A stretch of DNA of 63,988 nt, the filler included, from Diploschistes diacapsis (taxonomy: Eukaryota), in NCBI GenBank assembly GCA_023645945.1. It is 5 parts of 5 records of this genome, joined end to end, with 100 filler letters (N's around TTAATTAATTAA, not from the genome) between each part and the next. Parts side by side here need not be neighbours in the genome. Positions count along the whole stretch, not along the records: positions 25,492 to 56,880 come from JALAIB010000116.1; positions 56,981 to 63,988 come from JALAIB010001321.1; 3 more parts are not named here. One strand, 5' to 3'. The position numbers and the translations under genes were made by a program. The notes under the pieces were generated by a model. It was not told where the DNA came from. It did no database searches and saw only the letters and a list, made by a program, of their open reading frames with translations. How positions within the stretch are numbered: the stretch's first letter is position 1; the number at the start of each line of letters is the position of its first letter. This document shows, in pieces, positions 49,849-61,474 of this stretch.

Positions 49849-50787
49849 ATGCCTCCTTCCCTCCTCAAGCAACCCCTCAAACTCGCCCTCATCCAGCTCG
49901 CCACCGGCTCCAACAAATCCCACAACCTCTCCCATGCACAAAGCAAGATCCAAGAAGCCGCCCGTGCCGGGGCCAACCTGATCGTCCTACCCGAATGCTT
50001 CAACAGCCCCTACGGCACGCAATACTTCCCCCAGTACGCCGAGGAGCTCTCCTCCTCCAGCTCCTCGACGACGGCCACGACCGAACTCGCCAAATCCGAG
50101 CCCCCAACGGAAGCCCAGTCCCCCTCCTACCACATGCTCTCCCGCACGGCGGCGGAGACGAAAACCTACCTGCTCGGCGGCTCGGTGCCGGAGTACGTGG
50201 CGGCGACGAAGAAGTACCACAACACGTCCCTCCTGTTCTCGCCGACGGGCGACCTTGTGGCGGCGCACCGGAAGGTGCACCTCTTCGACATCGACATCCC
50301 GGGCAAGATCTCCTTCCACGAGTCCGAGGTGCTCTCGCCGGGCAACAAGGTCTCCCTCGTCGACGTGCCGCCCTACGGCAGGATCGGCCTGGCCATCTGC
50401 TACGACGTGCGCTTCCCGGAGCTGGCCACCGTCGCCGCCCGCCACGGCGCCTTCCTGCTGCTCTACCCCGGCGCCTTCAACCTGACCACCGGCCCGCTGC
50501 ACTGGGAGCTGCAGGCGCGCGCCCGCGCCGTCGACAACCAGGTCTACGTCGCCCTGTGCTCGCCCGCCCGGGATCTGGACGCGAGCTACCACGCCTGGGG
50601 GCATAGTATGGTTGTGGATCCGAATGCGGAGATCGTGGGCCAGGCGGGGGTGGAGGAGGAGATTGTTTATGCGGAGCTGAGGGGGGAGAGGATCGAGGAG
50701 GTGAGGAAGGGGATTCCGTTGGAGGGGCAGAGGAGGTTCGATGTCTATCCGGATGTGGCGAAGGGGGATATCAGGTGGAAGGAGTAG
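49849..50787 (+). CDS. NIT3: Nitrilase-family omega-amidase (Nit2/Nit3)
   Basis: LPECFNSPYG, HRKVHLFDIDIPGKI.F.ES, ICYDVRFPE (E-K-C triad), GAFNLTTGPLHW, Y.AWGHS. Confidence 0.93.
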   Translation: MPPSLLKQPLKLALIQLATGSNKSHNLSHAQSKIQEAARAGANLIVLPECFNSPYGTQYFPQYAEELSSSSSSTTATTELAKSEPPTEAQSPSYHMLSRTAAETKTYLLGGSVPEYVAATKKYHNTSLLFSPTGDLVAAHRKVHLFDIDIPGKISFHESEVLSPGNKVSLVDVPPYGRIGLAICYDVRFPELATVAARHGAFLLLYPGAFNLTTGPLHWELQARARAVDNQVYVALCSPARDLDASYHAWGHSMVVDPNAEIVGQAGVEEEIVYAELRGERIEEVRKGIPLEGQRRFDVYPDVAKGDIRWKE

Positions 50788-51311
50788 GAGGCGGAAACGA
50801 GTTGTTGTTGTTTTTTGCTGTAATTGTAGCATGGCTTTTGATAAGGGGATTGATTGGTGCTTTCCGAAGCCTTGTTGCGTTGATCGGTATACCGCAATTA
50901 ACGAGAACTACGACATTTTGAAAGTATGGGTCATTACTAATGATAGCGATAAGCATATATTTCATGCTCTCACCTTCCTTTGCTGTCCCTTTCCAGGTAC
51001 AGTCCTTTGCGTTGGACCGATCGTGTTCGCTCGTGCATTCCTCATGGTGCTCGTAGCGTTTTTGGAAGGCACTGCATACATAACCAACAGTAGGGAATCA
51101 ATGCTGTGGATGCTTATACCCAGATGGATTTACTATTCTGTATAAATCCAACCTATCGAAACAGCCAAGCCATTCCTAACGCAAGCACGCTACCAGGATC
51201 CCCAACCCACCCCTTCCGCACCGCTACAACAATAAGAACAATAGACCCCCACTCAGGCAAAACGAAGCGTCCAAGCCATTCCATAAAACCAACCAAAAGA
51301 TCCTCCTCCCC

Positions 51312-53165
51312 TTACACATACTCCGCATGCACCTCCCCGTAGTTCGTTCCCTGGAACCAAAGCTCGTACTTCGTAAACGCCGACAGGAACGTAATCCGCA
51401 CCTCCAGCTTCACCTCGAGGTACCACTTCCCGTCCTTCCCCCTCTTCCTCGGGATCATCTCGGGCGGCACTCCGCTCAGGTCCGCGCGCACGGTCGCCAG
51501 CTTCCTCACGCGCTCGTCGCAATACGCTGGCGGCGACGCTCCGGAACCTTGGGCCTCTCCGCTCCCATCTGGGTCCGCCTCCGCGCCCCCAGCCGCAGCA
51601 GCAGTCGCAGCCCCGTCGTCGGCGCAAGAGTAGATGTCCAGCGCGCAATCCTCCAACCCCTCCACGTCCAGCTCATTATGCAGGTAGAAGGCCTGCCGCA
51701 GCGGTTTCTGCTCCTCCACCACGTCGTTCCTGTGCAGGAACCACTTCATCATCGTGACGCGGTGGGCCTTGTCGAAGTCGGACCACCACTTCCGGTCGCT
51801 GGGGTGCTTCGCGGCGTTGTAGGGATAGTGCAGCTTGTAGCCGTAGTGCTTGCGGGCTTTGCGGGCGCTGATGCGGACGGAGCCTGGGCTGGAAGGGCTG
51901 TGGGAGGCGAGGCCCATCATTAGGGCGCCGCGGACGACGGCGGTCCAACTGTGCGGGGATTGCATGACAGTTGTGCTGGTGTTGGCGACGGAGGCTTGGA
52001 TTTTCGAGCGCAGGTATTGACTCTGGCCGAACCCGCCGACAAGGAGAATGGTGGAAACTGGTTTTTCCGCGGCTTTGATCTGCTGCGTAACAAGGGCGAT
52101 GACCTCTTCGACTATGGGTTCGAAACATTGCTCAACGTCACGGCCAGTCACTCGGAGCTTTCCTCGTCGGATTCCTTTCTCCGCGTCGTCCTCAAGACCG
52201 ATCACAGGGACTTGGAACTGCTCGTCACCAACGCCGGCAAAAGTGCGCTTGATAACCCGCTCGAACTTCTCCGAAATATCCTCAAGAATCTCATCATCCC
52301 AGTGTGGGTCATTAGAGAGTTTGTCTTTGATCGTCTCTTGAAATCGACGGTTGATGAAGGAGGAACCGCAGAGAGCTCCGGCGCCTGATGTGACCTCGGA
52401 GATATTGAGAATAGGCTCAAGTTGGTCAACTTCGTAGGTGATGACATCCACCGTTCCACCCCCCGCATCGACCAGCATGAAGGTATCGCTGACCTTCAAG
52501 TTGTGTGGGCTCAAAGAGTGAAGAGCGAACACAGCAGCGGCTTCCGGTTCGGCTACCATATGCACTTTGCCCATTCCAGCTCGCTGGGCAGCCGCTTTAG
52601 TTTTGGCCTTTGCATTGTCGCTCCAGATTGCGGGCACCGTCATTAGGTACTCGACTGGTATATTTGTAAGTGCAGAGGTTGGGATCTTGTTCCGTAAGAT
52701 CTGTTCTGCATGCTTTCTGAGCACCTCAAGAAAATCGCTAATCACTCGTTCAGGTGTAATGTCGTAACCTGGCGGAAGCTCTCTATGGTCTACTAGGCCT
52801 ACAACGGCGTTGGAGGCTTTGTAGTATTTCGACTCATCGAGCTCAAGCTTGAAGAATTGATGGCGCTGCTGAGATTCTAGAATTTGAAAGCCCCATTTAA
52901 CATCTTGTCCCTCATACCTGAGCTCTGTTGGAACCTTGTCCGAAGACTGTCCTTCATGTCCTTGCGAAAAGAGAGTCGGCCACAATGTTATCACCTCTTG
53001 TATGTCGGGTTTGCTGGCCTGTGCCCACGCTATTGCCGAGTGAGTGGTGCCAAAGTCGACAGCCACAAGTATCTTTCGAGGAGCGTTTCCGCTAGAGGCC
53101 ATAGGAGACTCCCGCATAGTCCCTAGAATGTCAGCGCTCTCAAAGACCGATAAGGATATACTCAT
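51312..53165 (-). CDS. Hsp70-family actin-like ATPase (fungal HSPA12-like)
   Basis: VAVDFGTTHS, TVPAIWS, EPEAAA, VDAGGGTVD, LVGGFGQSQYL, AVVRGA; no canonical substrate-binding lid. Confidence 0.9.
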   Translation of the reverse strand: MSISLSVFESADILGTMRESPMASSGNAPRKILVAVDFGTTHSAIAWAQASKPDIQEVITLWPTLFSQGHEGQSSDKVPTELRYEGQDVKWGFQILESQQRHQFFKLELDESKYYKASNAVVGLVDHRELPPGYDITPERVISDFLEVLRKHAEQILRNKIPTSALTNIPVEYLMTVPAIWSDNAKAKTKAAAQRAGMGKVHMVAEPEAAAVFALHSLSPHNLKVSDTFMLVDAGGGTVDVITYEVDQLEPILNISEVTSGAGALCGSSFINRRFQETIKDKLSNDPHWDDEILEDISEKFERVIKRTFAGVGDEQFQVPVIGLEDDAEKGIRRGKLRVTGRDVEQCFEPIVEEVIALVTQQIKAAEKPVSTILLVGGFGQSQYLRSKIQASVANTSTTVMQSPHSWTAVVRGALMMGLASHSPSSPGSVRISARKARKHYGYKLHYPYNAAKHPSDRKWWSDFDKAHRVTMMKWFLHRNDVVEEQKPLRQAFYLHNELDVEGLEDCALDIYSCADDGAATAAAAGGAEADPDGSGEAQGSGASPPAYCDERVRKLATVRADLSGVPPEMIPRKRGKDGKWYLEVKLEVRITFLSAFTKYELWFQGTNYGEVHAEYV

Positions 53166-53772
53166 ACAACGCGCAGTATACAGAGCACCTTGAATGCCCG
53201 ACCACAGATCATCAAATATCCAAAGCGTAGAAATACTGGGAAGGGATGCTTACTAGAAATGGGAACAGCTGTGTAAGTGTTTGTGTACACATCAAACCCT
53301 TTGACGCAGAACAATGACAGATAATTAAGGGCGTGCACAGCAAACAATGGAGCAGCCACCAAACACGATAACAAAAGTCAAGGCCGCAACACTTGAACAT
53401 GGATACATAGAAAGCCCTTGTTCTATATCGCTTTTTGGCAACTTCTGCACCATAACTCTGTTGTAACATCGGTCGAAAATTTTCAACATCAAGCAAAAAA
53501 TGGGGACCTTATAGTGTTCCCTTTGCACATGAGTTAACCCTATTTGAGCAAATGTAGAAAGACAATTTCAGAGTCTGATGAGGCAAATCCTCCAGATGAC
53601 ACGAGAAACGACCAGATTTAAGACCAGAATTGGGGAAGAGGAGATGAACTAGACAACCAAAGCCGCAGATATTAATCGCATTTTTCGAGATACTACCTCA
53701 ATCTAAAAACAAGGTTTTGAGTCAATATTCAGTATGTGAGCTCGACAAACTCGAGCAAGGTAAGAAGCAGCA

Positions 53773-53820
53773 GAAGAAGAAGAAGAAGAAGAAGAAGAAG
53801 AAGAAGAAGAAGAAGAAGAA
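53773..53820 (+). repeat. (GAA)16 microsatellite
   Basis: Perfect trinucleotide run. Confidence 0.95.
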
Positions 53821-55257
53821 GAGAAGATTGACCAATTGGCTTTGGAAGGAATTGGCCGCCTTGACTTGATTCGTATGTCTGACCTGCCACAGGACTGCAA
53901 TTTCCTCTCGAGGCACTAAATCATGGATAAGTGCAGTATTTCTGGGAAAGCATCAGGGAGGTGGACGAACTGAAGAGTTTTTTTTGCAATTTGAGGAAAA
54001 AGGAGGAAGACAGGTCAACGAAGTGAACAGCTTCCATCAATGAGTAGAGGTTCTCAAGGATAGTTTGTAGCATTCCCGGCATGATATAGTATCTGATTGA
54101 GGCAGAGATCCTACCAATTGCTGCGGAACACAATGCTAGATAGGGATGTGGCCTGTTCCGGGAACGAGGATAAAGGAAACAGGCTCGTAGGGGAGATAAT
54201 GCATGCGATAGAGAAAAACTGTTGCATATAGGTACCTTACGACCAGAGCAGCTGATGGTGCATAAACGACGCTTGTGCAGGGCTTACCTGGTATAAGTTG
54301 TGGTATTCTAAGTTCCTCAGAGCGATCTCTAGCATCCCTAGAATTGAGAGGCGTATAGATTGGCAATTGGCAGCACTCATAGGATATCTTATAAAGAGCG
54401 CACGGAAGTCTTTCGTTCTATACGGCATGACCTCCAGAGTCTCTCAAAGCTGCACGAAGCGGTAGTGCCCACAGCAGATCTAGAAGCCAGCATCCAATTG
54501 TCATTGGAGGTTTTAGCTTGACCTACTCAATACCTTCGCGTAGGATTACCCTGTCTTTTCTGTTACTATATTAGATTCCTTTGAGGCTCCGTGTATCGCT
54601 GTACGTTCATTGAAATCAAGACAGGGGCCGGACTGGCAAGCGCCAAGCTGATGGTGACCAGAAATAGAGGCGAATTGAGCCGTGTATTCTTTTCTATTAC
54701 ACCGTCTTCGAAGCAGAAGGGGTACTCAAACGTACTGACCAAGACGGTGCTGGTTCGTCTTGATATACTCTATGAGGGAAAACCCATCATGGGACTTGAT
54801 AGGCGCCAAACAGCTAGGTCCGTAAGCGGTTGTTCGTATGTCGATAATGAATGACATTCGATTATACCGGCAGTTAGCCTACATATCCTAGGTGCTTTCA
54901 CAATCACGCAACAAAGAAAGTTGCAATGGCAATTCCGAATAAGAACAGTGAATTTCGCCGAGGTCAGCGTAAGAGAGGCACAAAAACAAGGATTAGGTAG
55001 CTTGCAACAACGGCATTAAAAAAGCATATGGGAGAACTTGTACAATAGCATTTGCATGCGTGCTGTAGAGAGCAGTAGTATTTCGCCAGTACTTGTAACC
55101 ACTTGAGCATGATGAAATTTTGAAGCTACTGTGGTGGATGGGGAGAAAGATCTGCCAAAATTTCTCCGCAGGAACGATTAATAATTCTCCATACTTCCCA
55201 TTCTCCCTAAATTGCACCTTTCCCTCCACCCAGGCCGCCCTTCCAGCCAAATTCACC

Positions 55258-56872
55258 ATGAAATCCCACCTCCCACCCTCGATCCCCCTCCTCCGCAGCC
55301 TCCGCGGCGCCCAGCAATGCCACGCCACTCCCGTCCGCACTCCCTTCACCTCCCGGCGCGCCTTCCACCGAATGCCCCCACGCGCCGCCGAAGAACAGAA
55401 AGATTTCCGCGGCCAAGTCTACGAGAGCGCACGCGCACGCGTCGAGCGCGAGAGGGCGCAGCAGCGCAAGCTCTCGGAGGAGCGCGGCGAAGGGAAGAGC
55501 GGCAGAGCCGCGGCTCTCACATTCGGTGCGGCGAAGCCTGAGCAGGCAGCAAACAACCCCCCTCTACCGGTCCCACGTGCTGATAATGGCTTGAAGTGAT
55601 ACTGGCCAGTGCGGGCATGGGATGGTATCTCGGGACGTTCAGGGGCACGCCGCCGAGCACGCTCTCTACCGCGCCCTTGAGCTCCGTGCGGGATCCGGAG
55701 CACAACGTCGACAAGACGAACATGCAAGCTGCGTGGACGGAGATGGTCGAGGTTGTGGGCAAAGAGAACGTCTCTACGGACGATGCGGACATGGAGATGC
55801 ACGCGGGCTCCGAGTGGTCCTCGTACAGTCCGAAGCCGCACGAGCGGCCCTTCCTGGTTGCCCGGCCCTCGACGACGCAGGAGGTCAGTGATATCGTCAA
55901 GATTTGCCACAAGAGGAGGATACCGATGACGGCGTATAGTGGGGGAACGAGTCTAGAGGGCCACTTCGCGCCTACGCAGGGGGGTATATGCGTTGATTTC
56001 TCACGCATGAATAAGATTGTTACGGTACACAAGGAGGACCTGGATGTCGTGGTCCAACCAGCCGTGGGCTATGTCGATCTCAACGAGGAACTCGCCAAGG
56101 TGGGCTTGTTTTTCCCTCCGGACCCAGGCCCGGGGGCAATGATAGGCGGAATGGTGGGAACGGGCTGCTCGGGGACGAATGCGTATAGATATGGGACGAT
56201 GAAAGATTGGGTTCTCAGCTTGACAGCGGTGCTTGCAGATGGAACAACTGTCACTACGCGCCAGCGCCCAAGGAAGAGTAGCGCGGGCTACGATCTGACG
56301 AGGGTGTTCATCGGCAGCGAGGGCACGCTCGGCCTGGTCACGGAAGCCACTTTGAAAGTCACGGTCGTTCCGCAGAACCCGTCCGTGGCAGTAGCCAGCT
56401 TCGGCAGCGTACGCGAGGCAGCAAACTGTGTCTTCAAGGTTGTTGGAGATGGTGTCCCAATAGCAGCAGTAGAGATACTGGACGACGCGCAGATGCAGTG
56501 CATCAACGATACACGCTCTACGAGCAAGAAGTGGAAGGAGGCGCCGACACTCTTTTTCAAGTTTGCGGGCACACCATCTGGAGTCAAGGAGCAGATTGCG
56601 GCGGTGCAGAAGCTAGCGAAACAGGCAGGGAGCAAGAGTTTTGAGTTTGCGAAGAGCAAGGACGAAGCGGACGAGCTCTGGAGTGCGCGCAAAGAGGCGC
56701 TCTGGAGCGTGATGAGCAAGCGGCGCGACGACAGCGACCACGTGTGGACGACAGATGTCGCCGTGCCCATCAGCAGGCTGCCGCTGATAATCGAACAGAC
56801 GAAGGAAGACATGGACTCTAGCGGTCTATACGGCACTATCGTAGGGCATGTTGGAGACGGGAACTTCCACGG
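55258..56872 (+). CDS. DLD1: Mitochondrial D-lactate dehydrogenase (cytochrome), FAD-linked; 3' end lost at gap
   Basis: Presequence, GGTSLEGH, FFPPDPGPGA.IGGM.GTGCSGTNAYRYGTM, SSAGYDL...GSEGTLG, TDVAVP, GHVGDGNFH; intron ~55526-55595. Confidence 0.93.
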
Positions 56873-56880
56873 TACTTACT

Positions 56881-56980
56881 NNNNNNNNNNNNNNNNNNNN
56901 NNNNNNNNNNNNNNNNNNNNNNNNTTAATTAATTAANNNNNNNNNNNNNNNNNNNNNNNNNNNNNNNNNNNNNNNNNNNN
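56881..56980. other. Artificial contig spacer
   Basis: N44-TTAATTAATTAA-N44. Confidence 0.97.
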
Positions 56981-57243
56981 GTATTAGACAATGCGGAGAT
57001 GGGGGCAACCCGTTGGTTATTTGGGGCAGGGAGAAAGGTGTTGGGACACACGCATGCAGAGGGAAACGGGGGCAGGGGGGGACTTGATATTGTTTTGTTT
57101 TTTTGGGAAACATTGTGCTCTCCTTTCCCCTTCCTCCCAATTCAAGCCACAAACCACCTCTTCTCCAACCAGCACGAGCCCCAAGTTCTCGATCGCAGGC
57201 CGACCGAACCGCAACCACCGTTCAAACAAAGATCGCCGCAGAT

Positions 57244-57450
57244 ATGCTCGGCTTCCGCCTCCTCGCCGCCGTTGCCGTTGCGGCCCTCTCCTCCTTGACC
57301 GCCGCCGCTCCTATACAAGGCCCCGGCGAGCCCGCAGCCGTGAACATCACCACCGTCGGCCAGACGCCTGCCCCCGGCGCTGCCGCTGCTGCGGGTGCCG
57401 GTGCGAGCGGTGCGCCGCTGGTGAGCGTGCCGATGATCCCTGGTCGCTAG
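57244..57450 (+). CDS. Small secreted Ala/Gly/Pro-rich protein (68 aa)
   Basis: MLGFRLLAAVAVAALSSLTAA-APIQ signal peptide, GC-rich codon usage, N-glycosylation sequon NIT. Confidence 0.6.
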   Translation: MLGFRLLAAVAVAALSSLTAAAPIQGPGEPAAVNITTVGQTPAPGAAAAAGAGASGAPLVSVPMIPGR

Positions 57451-58170
57451 AGGGAGAGGAGTAGGGGAGTAGGGTAAGGGATGAGGAAGGATGAAAGGAG
57501 GAGATGGAAAGAGAGAAGCGGAGAATGAGATTTGTTTGAGGAGGAGGTGGGTCGAGTGCAGATGTGGATTGAATGAGATTTGATTTTCGCAAGAGGGCGG
57601 TGCATGCTACGGCTATTTGTGCGGTAAGAGGTATTCCTGTGAGTCGATATTGAGTGCTCCGATGGTGCTGTTGGGGGAAGTGGATGTAGCGGTTGCAGTA
57701 CACTGTGCGACGCTCGAAACATTCTTCGGGTATTGGCTGGTTTTTTCTATGCGTGCTGTCCAATATATGTGCGCGTGTGATGTTGCCTGTTCAGACTCAC
57801 ATGGGTAGTGCCAGCAAGAGGCACTCCTTATAGTGCTGCTAGCTGTGCGTAGCGTTGAATTACGCTGAAATACGCGTGGTGCTGCCAATTAAAAAGACCC
57901 CATGGGTTCGTGACGACGACACAATGCGCTCGCATCATATCAGTGCAGACATAGATCAATCACAGATAGTATCGTGGTGTGGCGCTAAACAGCAAGTAAG
58001 CAAACCGGATGCCACGACCGGACCGGACTAGCATGTACCACCCATAATGTAGGTATTTAGAACGACAACGCGCCCCTCAACTTGCAAATGAGCTTGATAA
58101 TAGTAACTTTCGAGTTCCATCAAAGAGCGCTTAGATATGGAGACGGTGGGCGATGTAGGTCTGGGTTTGT

Positions 58171-58653
58171 TTGGGGTTGAATGTTAAAAATGGCTGGCTG
58201 GGTACATCGTCGCTCCTGGCCATCGCGAGACAGTCGAATACCGTATCCGCGCCGTGGATTCCAGCTCACCGAACCGAAGCTTGTTCCCAACTGGCTGGAG
58301 GACTGAGCACAGATTGTGGAGTGGTGAAATTTCCGCCTGAGATTCCGTTCTTCTTTCGCTTTGACGACTCATGTCCTGCTGGGCCTCCAATCGACTCCAC
58401 GAGCAGTCCTGGTGGGCACTATGGCGCCGTTCGAGACGGCGTGCTTGCACACAGGGATCGAGTCATCGATGACAGCAAACGGGTCCGACTCAGTGGTCTA
58501 TCTGCATTGCGTGTTAGCTGTGGAATGCACCACGCTCTTGATGGTTCTTTCTCCCAATTTGAGAGAGAGTTGTCCATCAATCTCAAACGCTACACGGACC
58601 TCGAGCGCATTGAAATATATCGGACTTCAAGGCAGACCAAAAACTATCGCTGA
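58171..58653 (+). CDS. Hypothetical ORF or remnant
   Basis: 160-codon ORF from a non-ATG start with protein-like composition; no family recognised. Confidence 0.25.
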   Translation: MGLNVKNGWLGTSSLLAIARQSNTVSAPWIPAHRTEACSQLAGGLSTDCGVVKFPPEIPFFFRFDDSCPAGPPIDSTSSPGGHYGAVRDGVLAHRDRVIDDSKRVRLSGLSALRVSCGMHHALDGSFSQFERELSINLKRYTDLERIEIYRTSRQTKNYR

Positions 58654-58739
58654 TGATAGGAACAGCATAAACCCAACTTCTATCTATCAAACAATCCAAA
58701 AGGAGAATGACGTCGTTGCTGATGTGCAACCTCTTCCCT

Positions 58740-59810
58740 TATGCTGTGGCGACGCGCTGGAGGGAAGATAGAGGACCTAGGGATCGGCTATGCTACCCGA
58801 AATGTACGTAGGCAAGCTTCCTCCTCAACTCTAAATTCCAAATTCCAGGCACAGATTTCTTCGCTGAGACGCAGAAACACAATATCAGCCAAGTAAGGCG
58901 ACAATAACTGCGCTCTCCAGTCGACAACTGCGCCCCCCCGACTTTGTATTTCGTGCAGCCGGGCCGTCATCGGCTGGCATCAATAAGCGTGATGGTATCA
59001 TCGCCGGCCTGTACAGAAAGACATCAATCGACCAGATCCCTAATCAGAACGATGTCGGACTCCCTGGAGGAAATGGTCACTGTCGTCCCCGCAATTCGCA
59101 CCCATGACCGCAAGCCATTTCCACATGCGGAGCCGCAGCGTGGATCTCCACGACGCCTTTCCTCAAAAAGGCCTTGAATTCTCTGTACAAGCACAACAAA
59201 TAACTTGGCACCCTTTCCGTGATCCGGATTCGAGACTGCCAGGATATGTATGAGGCGTCGGCCGTTACCAATGCACTTCCGCGTTCGGAGCAAGATTAGC
59301 TAGGCCACAAATGGCTGGCCTAGAGGATTTTGGTAGGGGCGACTGATGGGTATGTCGTATATGGAAAGATTCCGGCCAATGCCATCTTTGCGGCGGTTTC
59401 TGCATCCAAGTTCTTGAAGTGCCGGGAGATGCATATACTCTGGCCCCCTATAAATGTTAGTGTGGCAGTGAGTAGGGAGCCGATGCCGGCAATGAGGGCG
59501 GATACCACCAAGGACCGATTCTCGGTTTTGCTCCGGCGCTTGTGAAAGCCGCGCTCAATCTTGTTTCCCGGTTTGAAGATATTGGACGAATATTGCTTCT
59601 TCCGGATCGTTCGTGTGCTCTTGGGATCGAGTTTCTGGAACCACTACCAAGAACTTGTTGATGGGCCATGGGGTACACAATCAGATCCGAGAATACCTAA
59701 GGACAAAGGCGCAGAGCAGAGATATTGGACCTCGGAAGAGTTTGGTGCAGCAGATGCGGTTCTGGAAGACGCGATGATTGTTGAAAGTAGGGGAGTGCTG
59801 AATATTTGTT
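58740..59810 (+). pseudogene. Decayed paralog of the ART-like gene at 60370-61474
   Basis: LRSPVD...FVFRAAGPSSAGIN..DGIIAGLYR, WISTTP, GTLSVIRIRDC, TDGYVVYGKIPANAI, WPP, FRIVRVLL in shifting frames with stops; same intron position (YPK|gtacgt vs YPR|gtaagt). Confidence 0.85.
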
Positions 59811-60369
59811 CAATGCCTTTGACCGTGCAAGAGTGCTGACTGATGCACTGCAACTGACAAGCTGATGATGGCGCGTGTACGCTATAGACAGGTGACCGAG
59901 AAGACCAGATATTCAGGCATGCTCTTGTAAGGCTTTTCAACTAAAGCGCTATCCTAGGTGGTATTAAATGTATCCAGCCGCAAATGAAAAGCGAAGCCAT
60001 ACCATATTGGGGTAAACACGATATCTCTGCGCCAATAATCGAGTCATCCACCAAAAGTCACAGCATCAACATGACAAGCACAGCTTGAGGGGATCATGAC
60101 ACTCTCGAAACCCTATGATTGAGCAGATATATCGACTCAACCGACGTGAGGAACATGAACCACTCAGCAGCCTGCGTACTTCTCGGATTGACTGGTATGA
60201 TTGCTATTTCTCCAACAGCCCTTCATGGCATCTTCAATTCACAGTACATTCCAGATAGCCATCAATTCCAGCGTACGCCAAGCACAAAGCAAATTCCATC
60301 AAAGTCTCTTGGAATATCAAGACTTGCCTTCGCTCTAACAAAGGGAGAGAAAAAACCAACGATAACAAG

Positions 60370-61474
60370 ATGTTTCCAGTCTTTGGACCGGGCGCTCTCA
60401 GGGGTGGAGGCTTCGGCGGCGGACGTCGTGGTGGTGGAGGCTTTGGTAGGGGAGGTGGGGGACCTATGCAGGCCATGAATAGTGTCTGGATGGGACCTAG
60501 AGCGCCTCAACACGCGAACTGGTACCCAAGATGTAAGTTTCGAGACTTTCTTTGCTCGATCCTCGACCACACATACCCAATTCACTCATGAGAACGTAGT
60601 TAAAAGCAAAATCACTAGAGAGGAACTCCGGTCTCCAACCGATCGATGGGCATGTTCCGAGTTTGTGTTCCGCGCCGCTGGCCCTACTTCTGCAGGCATC
60701 AATACACCAAATGGTCTTGTAGCAGGAATGTACCGAAACGTGCCAATTGACGATGTCCCCAACCTGGATGCCGTTGGGACCCCAGGTAACAGATGGTCGA
60801 TGCCGCTGGATTTCTTCGAGGATGTGACCATGTCCCACTTTGGCAAGCTGAACCCTGCACCCACGCCATGGATCTCGACAACACCGTCGCTGCGCAAGGC
60901 TTTGATGTTTCTGGTGGAGTACGCCGCGCAGGATGGAACCCTTTTCGTCATTCGGATACGCGACTGCCCGGATATATATGATGCACCGGTCGTTACAGAG
61001 GCGCTCCCCAGAATCAAGCACGAGCTGAGACCCAAATGGGAAGAACTTCTGGAATTCGAGGGTTGGACCGATGAATATGTGGCGTTTGGGAAGATTCCGA
61101 GTCGTGCCATAGCTGCCACGATCCCCGCGCAAAGGCTTTTGAACTGCGCAGCAATATACAAGGTCTGGCCTCCTATGTTATCCTGCTTCCGAGGGGCCGG
61201 TAACCTGCCTCCAGTTGTGCAAGCCGCGAGGGGAACACTTGCTATAATCGACAGAGGCAATCCGCCAGATCTCACAACGAGGATTATACAGGATGCTGTT
61301 GATGTCGTCTCCAATTTCGAAGGCGCAAATGAGGAAACTTTCTTCTGGGTTGTCCGTGTGCTTCTGGCGGACGATTTTGGCAATCCGTACGAAGAACGAC
61401 GTGATCGTGAACGAGTGGAGGATGCTGTATTGCAGTGCCTTGTAAGGAGAGCAGGGTTAGACGGTATATCTTGA
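60370..61474 (+). CDS. RGG-rich N-terminus fused to a putative R-S-E ADP-ribosyltransferase-fold domain (~345 aa)
   Basis: Exon 1 60370-60532, GT-AG intron 60533-60599, exon 2 60600-61474 in frame; motifs FVFRA, PWISTT, TDEYVAFGKIP.RAI. Confidence 0.75.

Noticed and set aside
53703..53916. Poly-Ser / poly-Phe ORFs
   Set aside because: Translations of the (GAA)16 microsatellite.
8412..56980. Four identical TTAATTAATTAA palindromes within N-runs, and ORFs ending in X...LIN
   Set aside because: Assembly linker with stops in all six frames; not biological, and gene neighbourhoods across it are unreliable.
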